Below, one piece after another: positions 9,356 through 20,264 of a stretch of DNA of 64,000 bases. How positions within the stretch are numbered: position 1 is the first letter of the stretch; each line of letters starts with the position of its first letter. The stretch is from an uncultured bacterium. Its GTDB lineage: Bacteria > Fidelibacterota > UBA2242. Position numbers and translations under genes: made by a program. The stretch lies in the NCBI GenBank assembly GCA_964589175.1, contig CAZPRY010000007.1, forward strand, positions 52,938 through 116,937. The letters run 5' to 3'. A model generated the notes under the pieces. The model was not told the origin of the DNA, made no database searches, and saw nothing but the letters and a program-made list of their open reading frames with translations.

Positions 9356-12300
9356 CTATCGAATTATCATTACTTTGACGATCTTACTGATCGATTCACT
9401 GCCCTGCTGCGCTTTTACAACGGCAAAATACACGCCGCTCTGAACGCCGGAGACATCCCAGACTGTTTCGTTATAATCACCGACGAGGGGATCTTCATCC
9501 GTTAGCGCAGCCACGAAATCTCCGGCCAGATCGTAGACCTGGATCGAAACACGGCAGGATTTCCGGACGAAATAGCGGAATGCCGTTTCGTTACCTTTTA
9601 CCGGATTGGGCCAATTGAAAACACGCTGCAGATCAAGCAGTTCGTCCGGCGGCGGAGCTTGCGTATCGGATTTAATCGAGATGGAAAAATTGCGCTGGGG
9701 ATTGCTGCCGTAGGCAGTCCACATAATATCCGTCAACTGCCCCGCAGAGAGTTTACGCGCATTCAACTGAGTGCCGGCGGCATCCACAGAAACGTGTACG
9801 ATCCCGTCGGGCGAATCCAGCAATAGGACGCTGTTGCCATTGTAGACGGGAAGCGTGACGGGGAAATTCGGGAGCAGCTGGCCCTTGCGGTCGAAGGCTG
9901 CAATGCCGACACCATGAATTCCGGCGAGGAGCGTCAGCCGCCCGGCGTCATCACAGCTTGTCAGCAGGTAAGGATCGAAATAACTGTAGTTGAATTGGTT
10001 CGGAATCGACGCCGGAAAATTGGCTTCCAATACCAATCGCTCTGTGAAGACGTAGATGTGCGCCGAATCGGCCAAGGCGATCTCGATTTTGTCATCTCCG
10101 TCGATATCCGCCAGGACCGGGAACGGGTAATAATTTTTCAGTGGATAGGAAAATTGCCGGATGTTTTCCGGTTCCGCCAAAGCTGCATCCAGAACGGTGA
10201 CGATTCTATCTTCCCCGCAAAGGACCACATCCGCCACGCTGTTGTCGTCCAGCCAGCCGACCACCATATCGCCGATCATCGTCAGGTCGACATCGGTCAG
10301 CAGTTGCAGCGCCAGCGGCGCAGTTTCCAGCAGGTATAATTCCCCTTCCCCGCTAACAGCGAAAACCTGATCGGCATCCCCTGCTAGTCGCGCAATAGGC
10401 TCCGGCACGGAAATCTGTTCCGGACCGTAGCGCAAGATATTTTGGTCCGTTGCCGAATCGTAGAATGAAAAGAGCGGCTTGCCATGGAGAATCATTGCAT
10501 TGGAAGTGAGCACTGCCGCCGGGAAGGACTCCCGGTTGGCGTATTGCAGCCGATTATTGAGCAGGCGATAACGGTACAGACTCAGGCTGCCGTCAGTCTC
10601 CACAGTCGGGATATAGACGGAAATCTCGCCCGCATCGACGGCCAGCAGCGGCGTAGCAATGGTCGACAGATTGCTCGTAAAGCCAGTCGAGATCCGTTGC
10701 AGAATCATCCCCTGAGAATCGATCAGGAAAAGACTGTCCCGGTCCACCACAACGAAGTTCAAGACTCCGTCTTCCGCTCCTGTATCGAGCTGCAGCAGCC
10801 CCAGAATTTTTCGATCCTGACCCAATGGAAGGGGAAAATTTCCAAGGTTCCGATCCAGATGAATACGGAAATTCATCTGTTCGCCGGCGGGACCAATTTG
10901 ATCAATCGCGATCCCGGTGTAAGCATTGGCATAACTGCGCGACGAAGGTTGGGTGGAGTTCGTCAATCCGACACTGCGGATGGAGTCTTCCGGATATTCG
11001 GGATTCAAATCCCAGAAGCCGTCATTTCCGGCAAACCACGGATCGAAGTACCAGCCGATGTCGACATTCGCGCCGAAGAGCTGGCCTTCATAGCCAAGGT
11101 CCTGGGCGCCGTCGCCTTCCTCGAGATCAACCCCGCGGTGCTCCCGGTCGATATTGACTTTATTGGCTGAAAGATTTGCCTCGATCACCGATTCGTCGAT
11201 GTGCCAGATCAGCAATCCCGATCCGGGCAACCCGGCATCATACCGCGGCACGGACAGCAGGACTCCCGTTCGCGCCGAGAATTCCGCCTGCAGTGAATCG
11301 CGGATCAGCGGGAAAATCAGCGGCCATCTCTCCTCGCCGTTGTCTTTGTAAATTTTATACTGAATACTGTCGAGACTGACGCCCGGGCGCAGTTCGGCGT
11401 TGCGGTTCTCTACCAGGAAATATTCGTTTTCATCGATCGGAACCTTCCAGATGGATGAAGTCGTCGCCGTCTCGGCGTTTTGCAGCGTGATCTCCTGATC
11501 CGTCCCGGCCGGCAGCGGTTCTTCCCAACCCATAAAAACGCGTGACCAGGCCGTCGGAAGAGGCGGAATCAAACCGTTCAGATTGGCGGAACCCTGGTCC
11601 ATCAAACCGAACTTGCCGACGCCGGTTTCACCGGTTTCGGTATTGTACAATCCCGGCAATCCCAGATAGAAGCCGGTCATGAAGGCGAAGGTGCCGTTCA
11701 AGCCGATCTGGTAGGCACATGGTTCGTCGGCTCCGCCGAAAACTTCCTCCCAGTTCGAGAACAGCAGATGGTTTTGGGTTTCCGGTAAAATCATACCGGA
11801 TACAATCAGATCATTGCCGCCGTCGACCGGGATACCCGCAAACGACGCATTTCCCGGAGCAGCAAAGAGGGCCAGGTCACCGGTATTCAGATAAACCGAG
11901 GGAATATCGTAGGGCGTCGGATCCAAATCCAGATCGAAATCCTGCCCCACCCCGGCGTGGAATACAACCACGAGATCATAATCCGCGAACTGCAAATCCG
12001 CGTCCGCCAGTTGCACGGCTTCGTAAAATAGTTGCGCCAGGCGGGTATCCACCGAGTCTTTCACTAGAAACGGGTGGTAATATTCCATTTTACGGGGCAG
12101 CTGATAAGTCAGCGCGTCGTCGAGCGGATAGACCTCCGAACGCAGCGTATCAAGAAGCAGATGGCCTTTGGACACATGGCCGTAGTAGTTGGAAAGCGCC
12201 CGGATATGATCCTTGAAATAAGCCCTGTTATGCGGCGGTGGATCGACCACCAGGGAGGCGCAGACCGTGTCCTGGGCGGTGGTTAAAAACCGGCCGTCGC

Positions 12301-12496
12301 CGGTCGTGTAATCGCTTTCATCCGGGATAAAAGAAACCCGTAACGCACAGATTGATATGTTATTACTATGTGTCTGAACTTCTACAAGCCGCTTCCCCGT
12401 TTGCAGGGAAGGGCTAATTCGCCGCGTCGCGGAATCATTCGCCGCGAATAAAATATGGCATACCAGCAGAGCAAAAATAAGACGATGTATTTTCAT
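9356..12496 (-). CDS. Large secreted M6 (immune inhibitor A)-like pseudo-peptidase with a T9SS C-terminal sorting domain
   Basis: 1046 aa with a signal peptide. It matches the M6/InhA-conserved blocks VVFHAGVGQ and GLLIWHIDES. At the position of the catalytic HEFGHDLGLPDEYD it has FAFMTGFYLGLPGLYN, so the HExxH is lost. The C-terminal ~90 aa (NWPNPVKGNETAFRYFV...VSIQVYDLAGDFVAAL...SGVYFAVVKAQ) fits the T9SS type A CTD (TIGR04183-like). Confidence 0.65.
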   Translation of the reverse strand: MKIHRLIFALLVCHILFAANDSATRRISPSLQTGKRLVEVQTHSNNISICALRVSFIPDESDYTTGDGRFLTTAQDTVCASLVVDPPPHNRAYFKDHIRALSNYYGHVSKGHLLLDTLRSEVYPLDDALTYQLPRKMEYYHPFLVKDSVDTRLAQLFYEAVQLADADLQFADYDLVVVFHAGVGQDFDLDLDPTPYDIPSVYLNTGDLALFAAPGNASFAGIPVDGGNDLIVSGMILPETQNHLLFSNWEEVFGGADEPCAYQIGLNGTFAFMTGFYLGLPGLYNTETGETGVGKFGLMDQGSANLNGLIPPLPTAWSRVFMGWEEPLPAGTDQEITLQNAETATTSSIWKVPIDENEYFLVENRNAELRPGVSLDSIQYKIYKDNGEERWPLIFPLIRDSLQAEFSARTGVLLSVPRYDAGLPGSGLLIWHIDESVIEANLSANKVNIDREHRGVDLEEGDGAQDLGYEGQLFGANVDIGWYFDPWFAGNDGFWDLNPEYPEDSIRSVGLTNSTQPSSRSYANAYTGIAIDQIGPAGEQMNFRIHLDRNLGNFPLPLGQDRKILGLLQLDTGAEDGVLNFVVVDRDSLFLIDSQGMILQRISTGFTSNLSTIATPLLAVDAGEISVYIPTVETDGSLSLYRYRLLNNRLQYANRESFPAAVLTSNAMILHGKPLFSFYDSATDQNILRYGPEQISVPEPIARLAGDADQVFAVSGEGELYLLETAPLALQLLTDVDLTMIGDMVVGWLDDNSVADVVLCGEDRIVTVLDAALAEPENIRQFSYPLKNYYPFPVLADIDGDDKIEIALADSAHIYVFTERLVLEANFPASIPNQFNYSYFDPYLLTSCDDAGRLTLLAGIHGVGIAAFDRKGQLLPNFPVTLPVYNGNSVLLLDSPDGIVHVSVDAAGTQLNARKLSAGQLTDIMWTAYGSNPQRNFSISIKSDTQAPPPDELLDLQRVFNWPNPVKGNETAFRYFVRKSCRVSIQVYDLAGDFVAALTDEDPLVGDYNETVWDVSGVQSGVYFAVVKAQQGSESISKIVKVMIIR

Positions 12497-12563
12497 TTTG
12501 TGACAACAATTGAAGTAAAATTATCGATATTTCACCAGATCTGAATCGGCCTCCGGATCTGCT

Positions 12564-13787
12564 CTAGAATTGAATATTCAGTGAAAACAGCATGGTATTC
12601 TGACGGGGATGCCCGGGATCGCCGGCGGTGTAACCGAAATCGAATCCCAGCCCGGCATAGCGCAAGCCCGCACCGAAGGTTGGCACCGGATACTTGTCTT
12701 TCATCAGGATCTTGCCCACTTTGTCATAGATAAATCCCAAACGCAGGGCAAACAGATTCGAATACCAGTATTCAACACCGAAATTATGCGTTAACTTTTC
12801 CAGCTCGCGGCCCAGAGAACCGTCTTTGGTGTTGCCGTCTTCGTCTTTTTCACCGAGGCCGTCCGCCTCCGAATCATGCAGCAACAGCCAGTCGTCAACC
12901 CAGGAAGTGAAAAGCCCAACATACCAATCGTCGGAATGCGCCTCTTCATAGCGACCGTCCTTGTTGTAAACGCCACCACTGAATTTATGGCCGTTTTCAT
13001 CATATCCGCCGATCTTCCCGTCGCCGTCAATGTCGCGATTAGGGTAGGAGGAGACCAATAATTTATTGATGTCGTAGGACACCGTGATTTTGTTGTAATT
13101 GCCTTTCATCGTATAAGCCAGCCCCATCTTCAGGTTGGTTGGCATCGGATCGGCCTGGGATACATCGATAAATGAAATTTTCGGTCCGATATTGGAAACC
13201 GAGGCGCCGAAAGTCAGGTTCTTCAACAGGAATTGTTTTTTCATATATCCCACATCAAAACCGAAATTCGTGGAGTAGCCCTTACCCTTTTCCTTACCGG
13301 CCAGAATATCGGTCAAATGCTGATAGATCATTTTCACACCCACGCCCACCGACGAAGTACGTGTGAGCTGGGTTCCGTATGAAGCTGTAAAAGCCATCAT
13401 GTATGAGGCAAATGTGCCGAGATAATTAGCGCGTTCATCCATGGCCACCTGCTCACCCAGGTTCATAATTGTGATATTACCGCCGATGGTGCCGATATCC
13501 CGGAAGAAAAAATGGCCGCCCAGGAAATCGTAGTAGATATCCGAGGCCAGGTTCGGCAGCCAGTTGGTGTGCATCAGGGCCGCTTCGCGTCCCCGTAAAA
13601 AGCCCAATCCGGCCGGATTCCAGTAGCTGGCATAGGCATCATCGGCAATGGCGACACCCGATTCACCCATCCCGCCTGAGCGGGCTCCCGGATTAATTAA
13701 CAGCCAGATGGCCCCGGCTTCACTCTGTGCCAGGGACAAACTGAACATCGCGCATAAAACAAGTGCAAGAATCAGTATTTTTTTCAT
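12564..13787 (-). CDS. Outer-membrane beta-barrel protein, PorV/PorQ-like (T9SS-associated family)
   Basis: 407 aa. Signal peptide followed by an N-terminal GARSGGMGESGVAIADDAYASYWNPAGLG block. The rest shows an alternating hydrophobic beta-strand pattern, with a C-terminal ...LFSLNIQF ending in Phe. It lies immediately upstream of the CTD cargo gene. Confidence 0.6.
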   Translation of the reverse strand: MKKILILALVLCAMFSLSLAQSEAGAIWLLINPGARSGGMGESGVAIADDAYASYWNPAGLGFLRGREAALMHTNWLPNLASDIYYDFLGGHFFFRDIGTIGGNITIMNLGEQVAMDERANYLGTFASYMMAFTASYGTQLTRTSSVGVGVKMIYQHLTDILAGKEKGKGYSTNFGFDVGYMKKQFLLKNLTFGASVSNIGPKISFIDVSQADPMPTNLKMGLAYTMKGNYNKITVSYDINKLLVSSYPNRDIDGDGKIGGYDENGHKFSGGVYNKDGRYEEAHSDDWYVGLFTSWVDDWLLLHDSEADGLGEKDEDGNTKDGSLGRELEKLTHNFGVEYWYSNLFALRLGFIYDKVGKILMKDKYPVPTFGAGLRYAGLGFDFGYTAGDPGHPRQNTMLFSLNIQF

Positions 13788-13969
13788 TCGTTCCTCCTAG
13801 TAACAAAAAACCGAACATAGACAATATTCGGCCTTCCAACTAGTTATTTTTAACTTAGTCCAGATTTTGTTGCTATTGATTAGTCACAGGATAACAATTA
13901 TTTTCGGCAAACTCCACTTAACCGGTGAAATCTAAGCGTATTCATATCAAGAATCAAGCCTAATTCGAT

Positions 13970-14134
13970 CTAAAAACCTTCGGCCTCTTCGATCAACATG
14001 ATCGGGATATCATCCTGAATATCATATCGCAAGTGGCAGGCAAGGCAGCTTAACTTTTGATTCTCCGGATCGTAATCCAGATCGCCCTTGCACCGGGGAC
14101 AGACCAATATTTCCAATAATTCTTTGGACAGCAT
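13970..14134 (-). CDS. Trm112 family protein (UPF0434 zinc-ribbon, 54 aa)
   Basis: Translated by hand as MLSKELLEILVCPRCKGDLDYDPENQKLSCLACHLRYDIQDDIPIMLIEEAEGF. It has the canonical Trm112/YcaR CPxC...C pattern. It is below the 60-aa cutoff of the ORF track. Confidence 0.65.
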   Translation of the reverse strand: MLSKELLEILVCPRCKGDLDYDPENQKLSCLACHLRYDIQDDIPIMLIEEAEGF

Positions 14135-14278
14135 ATCGATCTCCTGTTAAATCAAAACGGTTTGGGTTTGAAATTGAAGAAAGGTCGATATGGATCAGAC
14201 TCGCGGTAGCAAATTCAATCTTCATACTCGGCCTGGCTGCAAAAGTTCCCGGGCGCAATCATTCCAAGCATCAAAAAT

Positions 14279-14728
14279 CTAAAGAGACATTTTGTTGATC
14301 TGATCCTTGAACTCCTCCAAATCCTTGAACTGTTTATAGACGGAGGCAAAACGGATATAGGCAACTTCGTCGGTATCCTTGAGATGCTTCATCACCAGTT
14401 CACCGATTTGTTTGGATGCAATTTCACTGCCGGATGTCTCCTCGATACCCTTCTCAATTTCCAAGACAATCTCTTCGATTTTATCCTGTGGAATGGGACG
14501 TTTGTTGCAAGCGATTTTGATGCTCTTCTGGAGTTTCGCGCGATCGTATTCCTCGCGCGAACCATCGTTTTTAATAATCACCAGCGGGTAATCGACGACG
14601 TATTCATAGGTGGTGAAACGATGACCGCAATCCAGGCATTCCCGGCGGCGGCGAATCGCATTGTTCTTCTGGGCAGATCGCGAATCGATCACTTTGGTTT
14701 CCGGTGAACTGCAAAAAGGGCACTTCAT
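14279..14728 (-). CDS. nrdR: Transcriptional repressor NrdR
   Basis: MKCPFCSSPETKVIDSRSAQKNNAIRRRRECLDCGHRFTTYE is the NrdR zinc ribbon; an ATP-cone follows. Confidence 0.9.
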   Translation of the reverse strand: MKCPFCSSPETKVIDSRSAQKNNAIRRRRECLDCGHRFTTYEYVVDYPLVIIKNDGSREEYDRAKLQKSIKIACNKRPIPQDKIEEIVLEIEKGIEETSGSEIASKQIGELVMKHLKDTDEVAYIRFASVYKQFKDLEEFKDQINKMSL

Positions 14729-14735
14729 GTTTTAC

Positions 14736-16040
<1,305 letters not shown>

Positions 16041-16052
16041 CGTAAGATCTCC

Positions 16053-16481
16053 CTAGATTTCCATTTTCTCCACCCGGCGCTGATGCCGGCCACCCTCGAA
16101 GGGGGTGCTCAGCCAGGCCAGGAAAATTTCCTCGGCGTCTTCAGGTGTCACGAAATCGGCCCCGAAACAGAGCACATTGGCGTTATTGTGCCGACGGCTC
16201 AGTTCGGCAACTGCCCGGTTCCAGCCCAGCGCCGCCCGGATGCCCCTGATCTTGTTGGCCGCGATGGTCATGCCTTCTCCGCTACGGCAAATCAGAACAC
16301 CGAAATCGGTTTCACCGGAAGTTACACTGCAGCCTACTATCCGGGCATAATCCGGATAATCCACGCGCTGTTCTGAAAAGGTGCCAAAATCCAGAACCTC
16401 GTATCCCTGTTTTTGGGCGAAACTCAGCAGGTCGCCTTTCAGTTTAAAACCGCCATGGTCCGAACCAAAAGCAATTTTCAT
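16053..16481 (-). CDS. rpiB: Ribose-5-phosphate isomerase B
   Basis: MKIAFGSDHGGFKLK... is an RpiB/LacAB family N-terminus. The start ATG overlaps the upstream stop in a TAATG arrangement at 16479-16483. Confidence 0.85.
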   Translation of the reverse strand: MKIAFGSDHGGFKLKGDLLSFAQKQGYEVLDFGTFSEQRVDYPDYARIVGCSVTSGETDFGVLICRSGEGMTIAANKIRGIRAALGWNRAVAELSRRHNNANVLCFGADFVTPEDAEEIFLAWLSTPFEGGRHQRRVEKMEI

Positions 16482-17776
16482 TAATTCTGCTTTGCCTCGG
16501 CTGTAATCCAACTGTATTCCGGCATTTTAGGACGGAAGAGCTTGCGCTCGGCGCCGTCCGCATCATATTTATTCATAAACCAATCTTCATTTGTCGGGAT
16601 GAGATATTGTTTCAGAAAATCAATCCGGCTTTTGACTCCCAAATCGCCCATTTTCTGGGCTTGCAGATAATCGTCATACGCCAGTTTATAGACCAGTTTA
16701 TCTTCGAATGAGGGGGGCCGTCCGCTTGTGATCATCTCGGCGGCCTCAAAGTACACATCCGCGCGCATTTTATAGGTGAGCGCACTTTTTTCGATTGCCA
16801 GTGCTTTTTGGGACCACTCGTAAGCATCCGCCCACTTCGCGAGACGGCGGTAACCCCGAACGATATCTTCAATAATCGAGACATCTGTAAGGGCGATATT
16901 TTTATTGATATAGATGAAGGCCTCGATCGCTTCGTTATGCTTTTCCATCGTCGCGTAAATCTCGGCCATTCTCTCCCAGGCCTCACGATTGCGCATATCC
17001 AGGGCGGTCACCTTTTTGTAAACGGCGATGGCTTCGTTATAACTATACTGCTCCGCCAGAGCCCGCGCATATTCAAGGCCGTAACGGACATTGGTCGGAT
17101 TTTTCTCCCACTGCGCCTTCTGCACCGTCGTGATGTCCTTACCCAATTTCTGGTAAACAGTAATCCGGTCGTTGATAGCCTGTTCGTCATTGGGTTTCAG
17201 TCTCAGGATTTCGCTGATATAGAGCAAAACATCTTCGTAACGTTCGGCGGCAAAACCGAGTTTTACCAGACGGCGATAGTGGTCGATATTTTCCGGCTCA
17301 ATTTCTACCATTTTTTCGTATTCCCGAATTTCCAGATCGGTTTTCCCCTGCAATTGGTAGATGTAGGCAATATTTTTATGCAGAAAAATATCGTTGGGGA
17401 GGTGATCTTCTCCCTCCTGATACACATAGAGGGCACTGTCGAGATAAATGGGATTTTTAGTTGCCAATTGCTGGTAGGCGCGTCCGTAATATTGAAAAAT
17501 ATCCACCGCGCGCGTTTCTTCACAGCCGGCATTGATCATTTTTTTATAGTTACTGATCGCTCCGCGCCAATCCTGATTCTGATAGTACGAATAGGCAAAA
17601 CTGAGATACAGTTCGCATTTTACATCTCGTAACGAGTCCTGACGCGCTTTCTCCGCATTTTCGAGATTACTCATTTGCCCGGCGGCATCTGATGGTGGCA
17701 GGCAATTCACCAAATAGAAGCCCGCAAAAATCATTACAATCAGTATGGCGTATTTCCCAAGACGCGGTACCTTCAT
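16481..17776 (-). CDS. TPR-repeat protein with N-terminal signal/TM anchor
   Basis: Tetratricopeptide-like repeats run throughout. I placed the start at MKVPRLGKY (ATG at 17774-17776), which is preceded by a GGAGGAGGAG Shine-Dalgarno sequence. Confidence 0.65.
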   Translation of the reverse strand: MKVPRLGKYAILIVMIFAGFYLVNCLPPSDAAGQMSNLENAEKARQDSLRDVKCELYLSFAYSYYQNQDWRGAISNYKKMINAGCEETRAVDIFQYYGRAYQQLATKNPIYLDSALYVYQEGEDHLPNDIFLHKNIAYIYQLQGKTDLEIREYEKMVEIEPENIDHYRRLVKLGFAAERYEDVLLYISEILRLKPNDEQAINDRITVYQKLGKDITTVQKAQWEKNPTNVRYGLEYARALAEQYSYNEAIAVYKKVTALDMRNREAWERMAEIYATMEKHNEAIEAFIYINKNIALTDVSIIEDIVRGYRRLAKWADAYEWSQKALAIEKSALTYKMRADVYFEAAEMITSGRPPSFEDKLVYKLAYDDYLQAQKMGDLGVKSRIDFLKQYLIPTNEDWFMNKYDADGAERKLFRPKMPEYSWITAEAKQN

Positions 17777-17794
17777 GTCACACTCCTCCTCCAA

Positions 17795-19000
17795 TTAACG
17801 TCTTTTAAATTGTTTAAACCACAATTCACCCGTTGTAACCCCCACGTGCAACGAGATAAGGTTTTCGTTTCCGAATTGACTGCTGAATCCATCCCGGCGG
17901 GCTGCAATCAGAGCAATGTCCAAACGATTCAGACCTCCATAAAAGGGAATCCCTAATCCGACGGACACGCCGGTTTCTTTCAGGGGATCGGACTGGGAGA
18001 ATATCTCCGTCTTCTGATACAAACCAGCCCTGTAAGATAATTTTTGCAGCGCCTTCCTGTCTTTCCGAGGGGATGGACTCTTCTCGATTCCGATACCAAT
18101 CACATATGCATTTTGGGCATCCACCGGCTCATTCAGGTAGAACTCCTGAAACATGGAACCGGGCGCCGTATAATAACGGAAATCCGCCACAACAAGCAAG
18201 TCGTGCGGCAGTAGCCGGGCGCAGCCCAGGGAAAATGTCGAGGGATAATCCAGAGACCGGTTTTCCTGGGTACTGTCCGGACCGTACTGATAATCCAACA
18301 GAAAATCATATTGGAAATTAATATTCTGATCCCAGTAGGCCGCAATGGTCGTTTTTTGTGGGCGATCCGTCCAGGCCAGTCCAAGGCCGGTTTGCACTCC
18401 CCGCAGGTTATAGCGTCTCTGCTGGGAGATATCGATATCGTCGTCCTGCATGAGATCCACGTCATGCGTTGTGGCGATGTTGCCGTAGAAAAACCTGCCT
18501 ACGAGGCCCAGGCTCAGGTTCGGGGACAGTTTATAGCCGAATCCCGTGTAAAGTTCGGAAATTCCACCAACCGTCTTCTTGGTCGATTGATAGGTATATA
18601 CCGTATCCGCATATGGCGCGTCACCGGTATAAATTTGCTCACTCGACATGCGTGTTACCGGGCGCATTCCCATGGCAAAGCCCAACTTCTTTCCAATCGG
18701 CATTTTAAAAGCAAAGCCCATGAAACGGGTCATCGATCCCGTATAGTCCCGCTCGGCGGCATTGACAAACTGGGTGTTCAACTGCCCCTGCATGGAGGTT
18801 GTCAGAAAACCGTGCCACAATGCCGGGCCCAGGGTATTCAGACCGATCGAGTCGCGCGCGGCGCTTCCCGAAAAGCCCATTCCGATATTACGTACCGGAA
18901 CCGAAGGGGAACCCATTCCGAATCCGTACGACGAGTAGATCGAATTCTGAGAAAACAGAAAACCGGTGATCAGGATAACGGCAAGGACAATTTTACGCAT
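17795..19000 (-). CDS. Outer-membrane beta-barrel protein, a second PorV/PorQ-like paralog
   Basis: 401 aa. Signal peptide followed by an N-terminal GFGMGSPSVPVRNIGMGFSGSAARDSIGLNTLGPALW block resembling the 12564-13787 protein. The alternating beta-strand composition is the same. Confidence 0.5.
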   Translation of the reverse strand: MRKIVLAVILITGFLFSQNSIYSSYGFGMGSPSVPVRNIGMGFSGSAARDSIGLNTLGPALWHGFLTTSMQGQLNTQFVNAAERDYTGSMTRFMGFAFKMPIGKKLGFAMGMRPVTRMSSEQIYTGDAPYADTVYTYQSTKKTVGGISELYTGFGYKLSPNLSLGLVGRFFYGNIATTHDVDLMQDDDIDISQQRRYNLRGVQTGLGLAWTDRPQKTTIAAYWDQNINFQYDFLLDYQYGPDSTQENRSLDYPSTFSLGCARLLPHDLLVVADFRYYTAPGSMFQEFYLNEPVDAQNAYVIGIGIEKSPSPRKDRKALQKLSYRAGLYQKTEIFSQSDPLKETGVSVGLGIPFYGGLNRLDIALIAARRDGFSSQFGNENLISLHVGVTTGELWFKQFKRR

Positions 19001-19001
19001 G

Positions 19002-20264
19002 CTAATTCGTCTCTTTAATGGTAATTACTTGCAGATAGGGCGCCCGGGCCGTGTCCGTTTGGGCGGACGCATACAGACTCAGAACCGACAGATCCAGGGT
19101 CGAAGGTGACGACCAGAGCAGGAATCCAAAATTCTTCTGTTCGGTACTCATATATTGCTGAACCGTATAACTGATCTTGAAAATCGCCTCACCATCGCCG
19201 GGCTTCAGCGAACAGGTGGCGATATAATCGCTCGTACTTGTCGTCAACGCCTCATCGTACCATTCGGTCGAATCCAGCTGCGTCAGGTATAGGTAAAAAT
19301 TCTCGTTGTAATTGAAGGTCTGCGTTGTATCCACTTTAAGGTGAAGGATGGCTTCTCCGACGATTTCGTTTTTATCCGTGAGCGCATCCGTGAGATCGAT
19401 TTTTAGAAAGGAACGGTAAGCCTGCCCCTTGCTGACATAGCTATGGCCGGGGTCCGGTGCAATGTCAAAGAAGCGTATTACGGAAATATCTTCCGAAGCA
19501 TAGGTCGTCGTGGAGACCGTATCGCCCTCATAAAAGAAATCCGCGATCAGCGCCGGCGCATAGTAGGAATTTTCGGCGGAGGTAAAGGCCTGCATCAGCG
19601 GTTCGGTCGTATCCGCAGCCTGCAGCAACAAGCCGTAATTATACAGGGAATCGCCATTATACCAGTCATCGTACCAGCCCCGGAAAACAGAATTCGGGAT
19701 TTCAATTTCGATGGAATCATTATTAGAGTAGGCAAAAGTACCGAGCAGTTCCCGATCAAAACCCTCGAGTGACCAGGTGTCCGGAAAAGTATCCTGCGCC
19801 CAGTTGACATGACTATCGGAAGAGAGCAGGTATACCGCAATTTCGTGGTTGTGGACATTCAGCGAATCGTAAGGCAATTCCGATTCGGTGCGAATCACAA
19901 AAATGGAACTTATCAGCGAATCCACCAGGCTACTCAATCCCGTGAAATCGTTAAAACGGATCAGCGCATAAGCCGACGAATGTTCATCTCTGCCGGCCAG
20001 CAGCCGCAGACTCGACTTCAGTTTGGGGGTCAATATCTGAGTTGAATCGACGATGTGATCGGCTTCAATCCTGACGTCCGAAAACAAAAGGGGGGCGGTA
20101 TTGGTCTCCTCATACGGTATTTGTTCCGAACAGGAGGGCATTAGAGACAGAGCCGCGAACGCAATCACCAGGGCACCACGTACGATTCGGTTTCTATTTT
20201 CGGATTGAAGCAGCTCCCGACTGCCGCCGGATTTATATACTCTCGATAATCTTAATAATTTCAT
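19002..20264 (-). CDS. Hypothetical lipoprotein
   Basis: Signal peptide with a possible lipobox (LSLMPSC). The protein is acidic, Ser/Thr/Tyr-rich and likely periplasmic or surface-exposed. It is tightly packed in an operon with the flanking genes. Confidence 0.55.
   Translation of the reverse strand: MKLLRLSRVYKSGGSRELLQSENRNRIVRGALVIAFAALSLMPSCSEQIPYEETNTAPLLFSDVRIEADHIVDSTQILTPKLKSSLRLLAGRDEHSSAYALIRFNDFTGLSSLVDSLISSIFVIRTESELPYDSLNVHNHEIAVYLLSSDSHVNWAQDTFPDTWSLEGFDRELLGTFAYSNNDSIEIEIPNSVFRGWYDDWYNGDSLYNYGLLLQAADTTEPLMQAFTSAENSYYAPALIADFFYEGDTVSTTTYASEDISVIRFFDIAPDPGHSYVSKGQAYRSFLKIDLTDALTDKNEIVGEAILHLKVDTTQTFNYNENFYLYLTQLDSTEWYDEALTTSTSDYIATCSLKPGDGEAIFKISYTVQQYMSTEQKNFGFLLWSSPSTLDLSVLSLYASAQTDTARAPYLQVITIKETN

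Noticed and set aside
14022-14258. A 78-aa minus-strand ORF from the track
   Set aside because: It has no recognisable features and shares its locus with a convincing Trm112-like ORF (13970-14134) in another frame.
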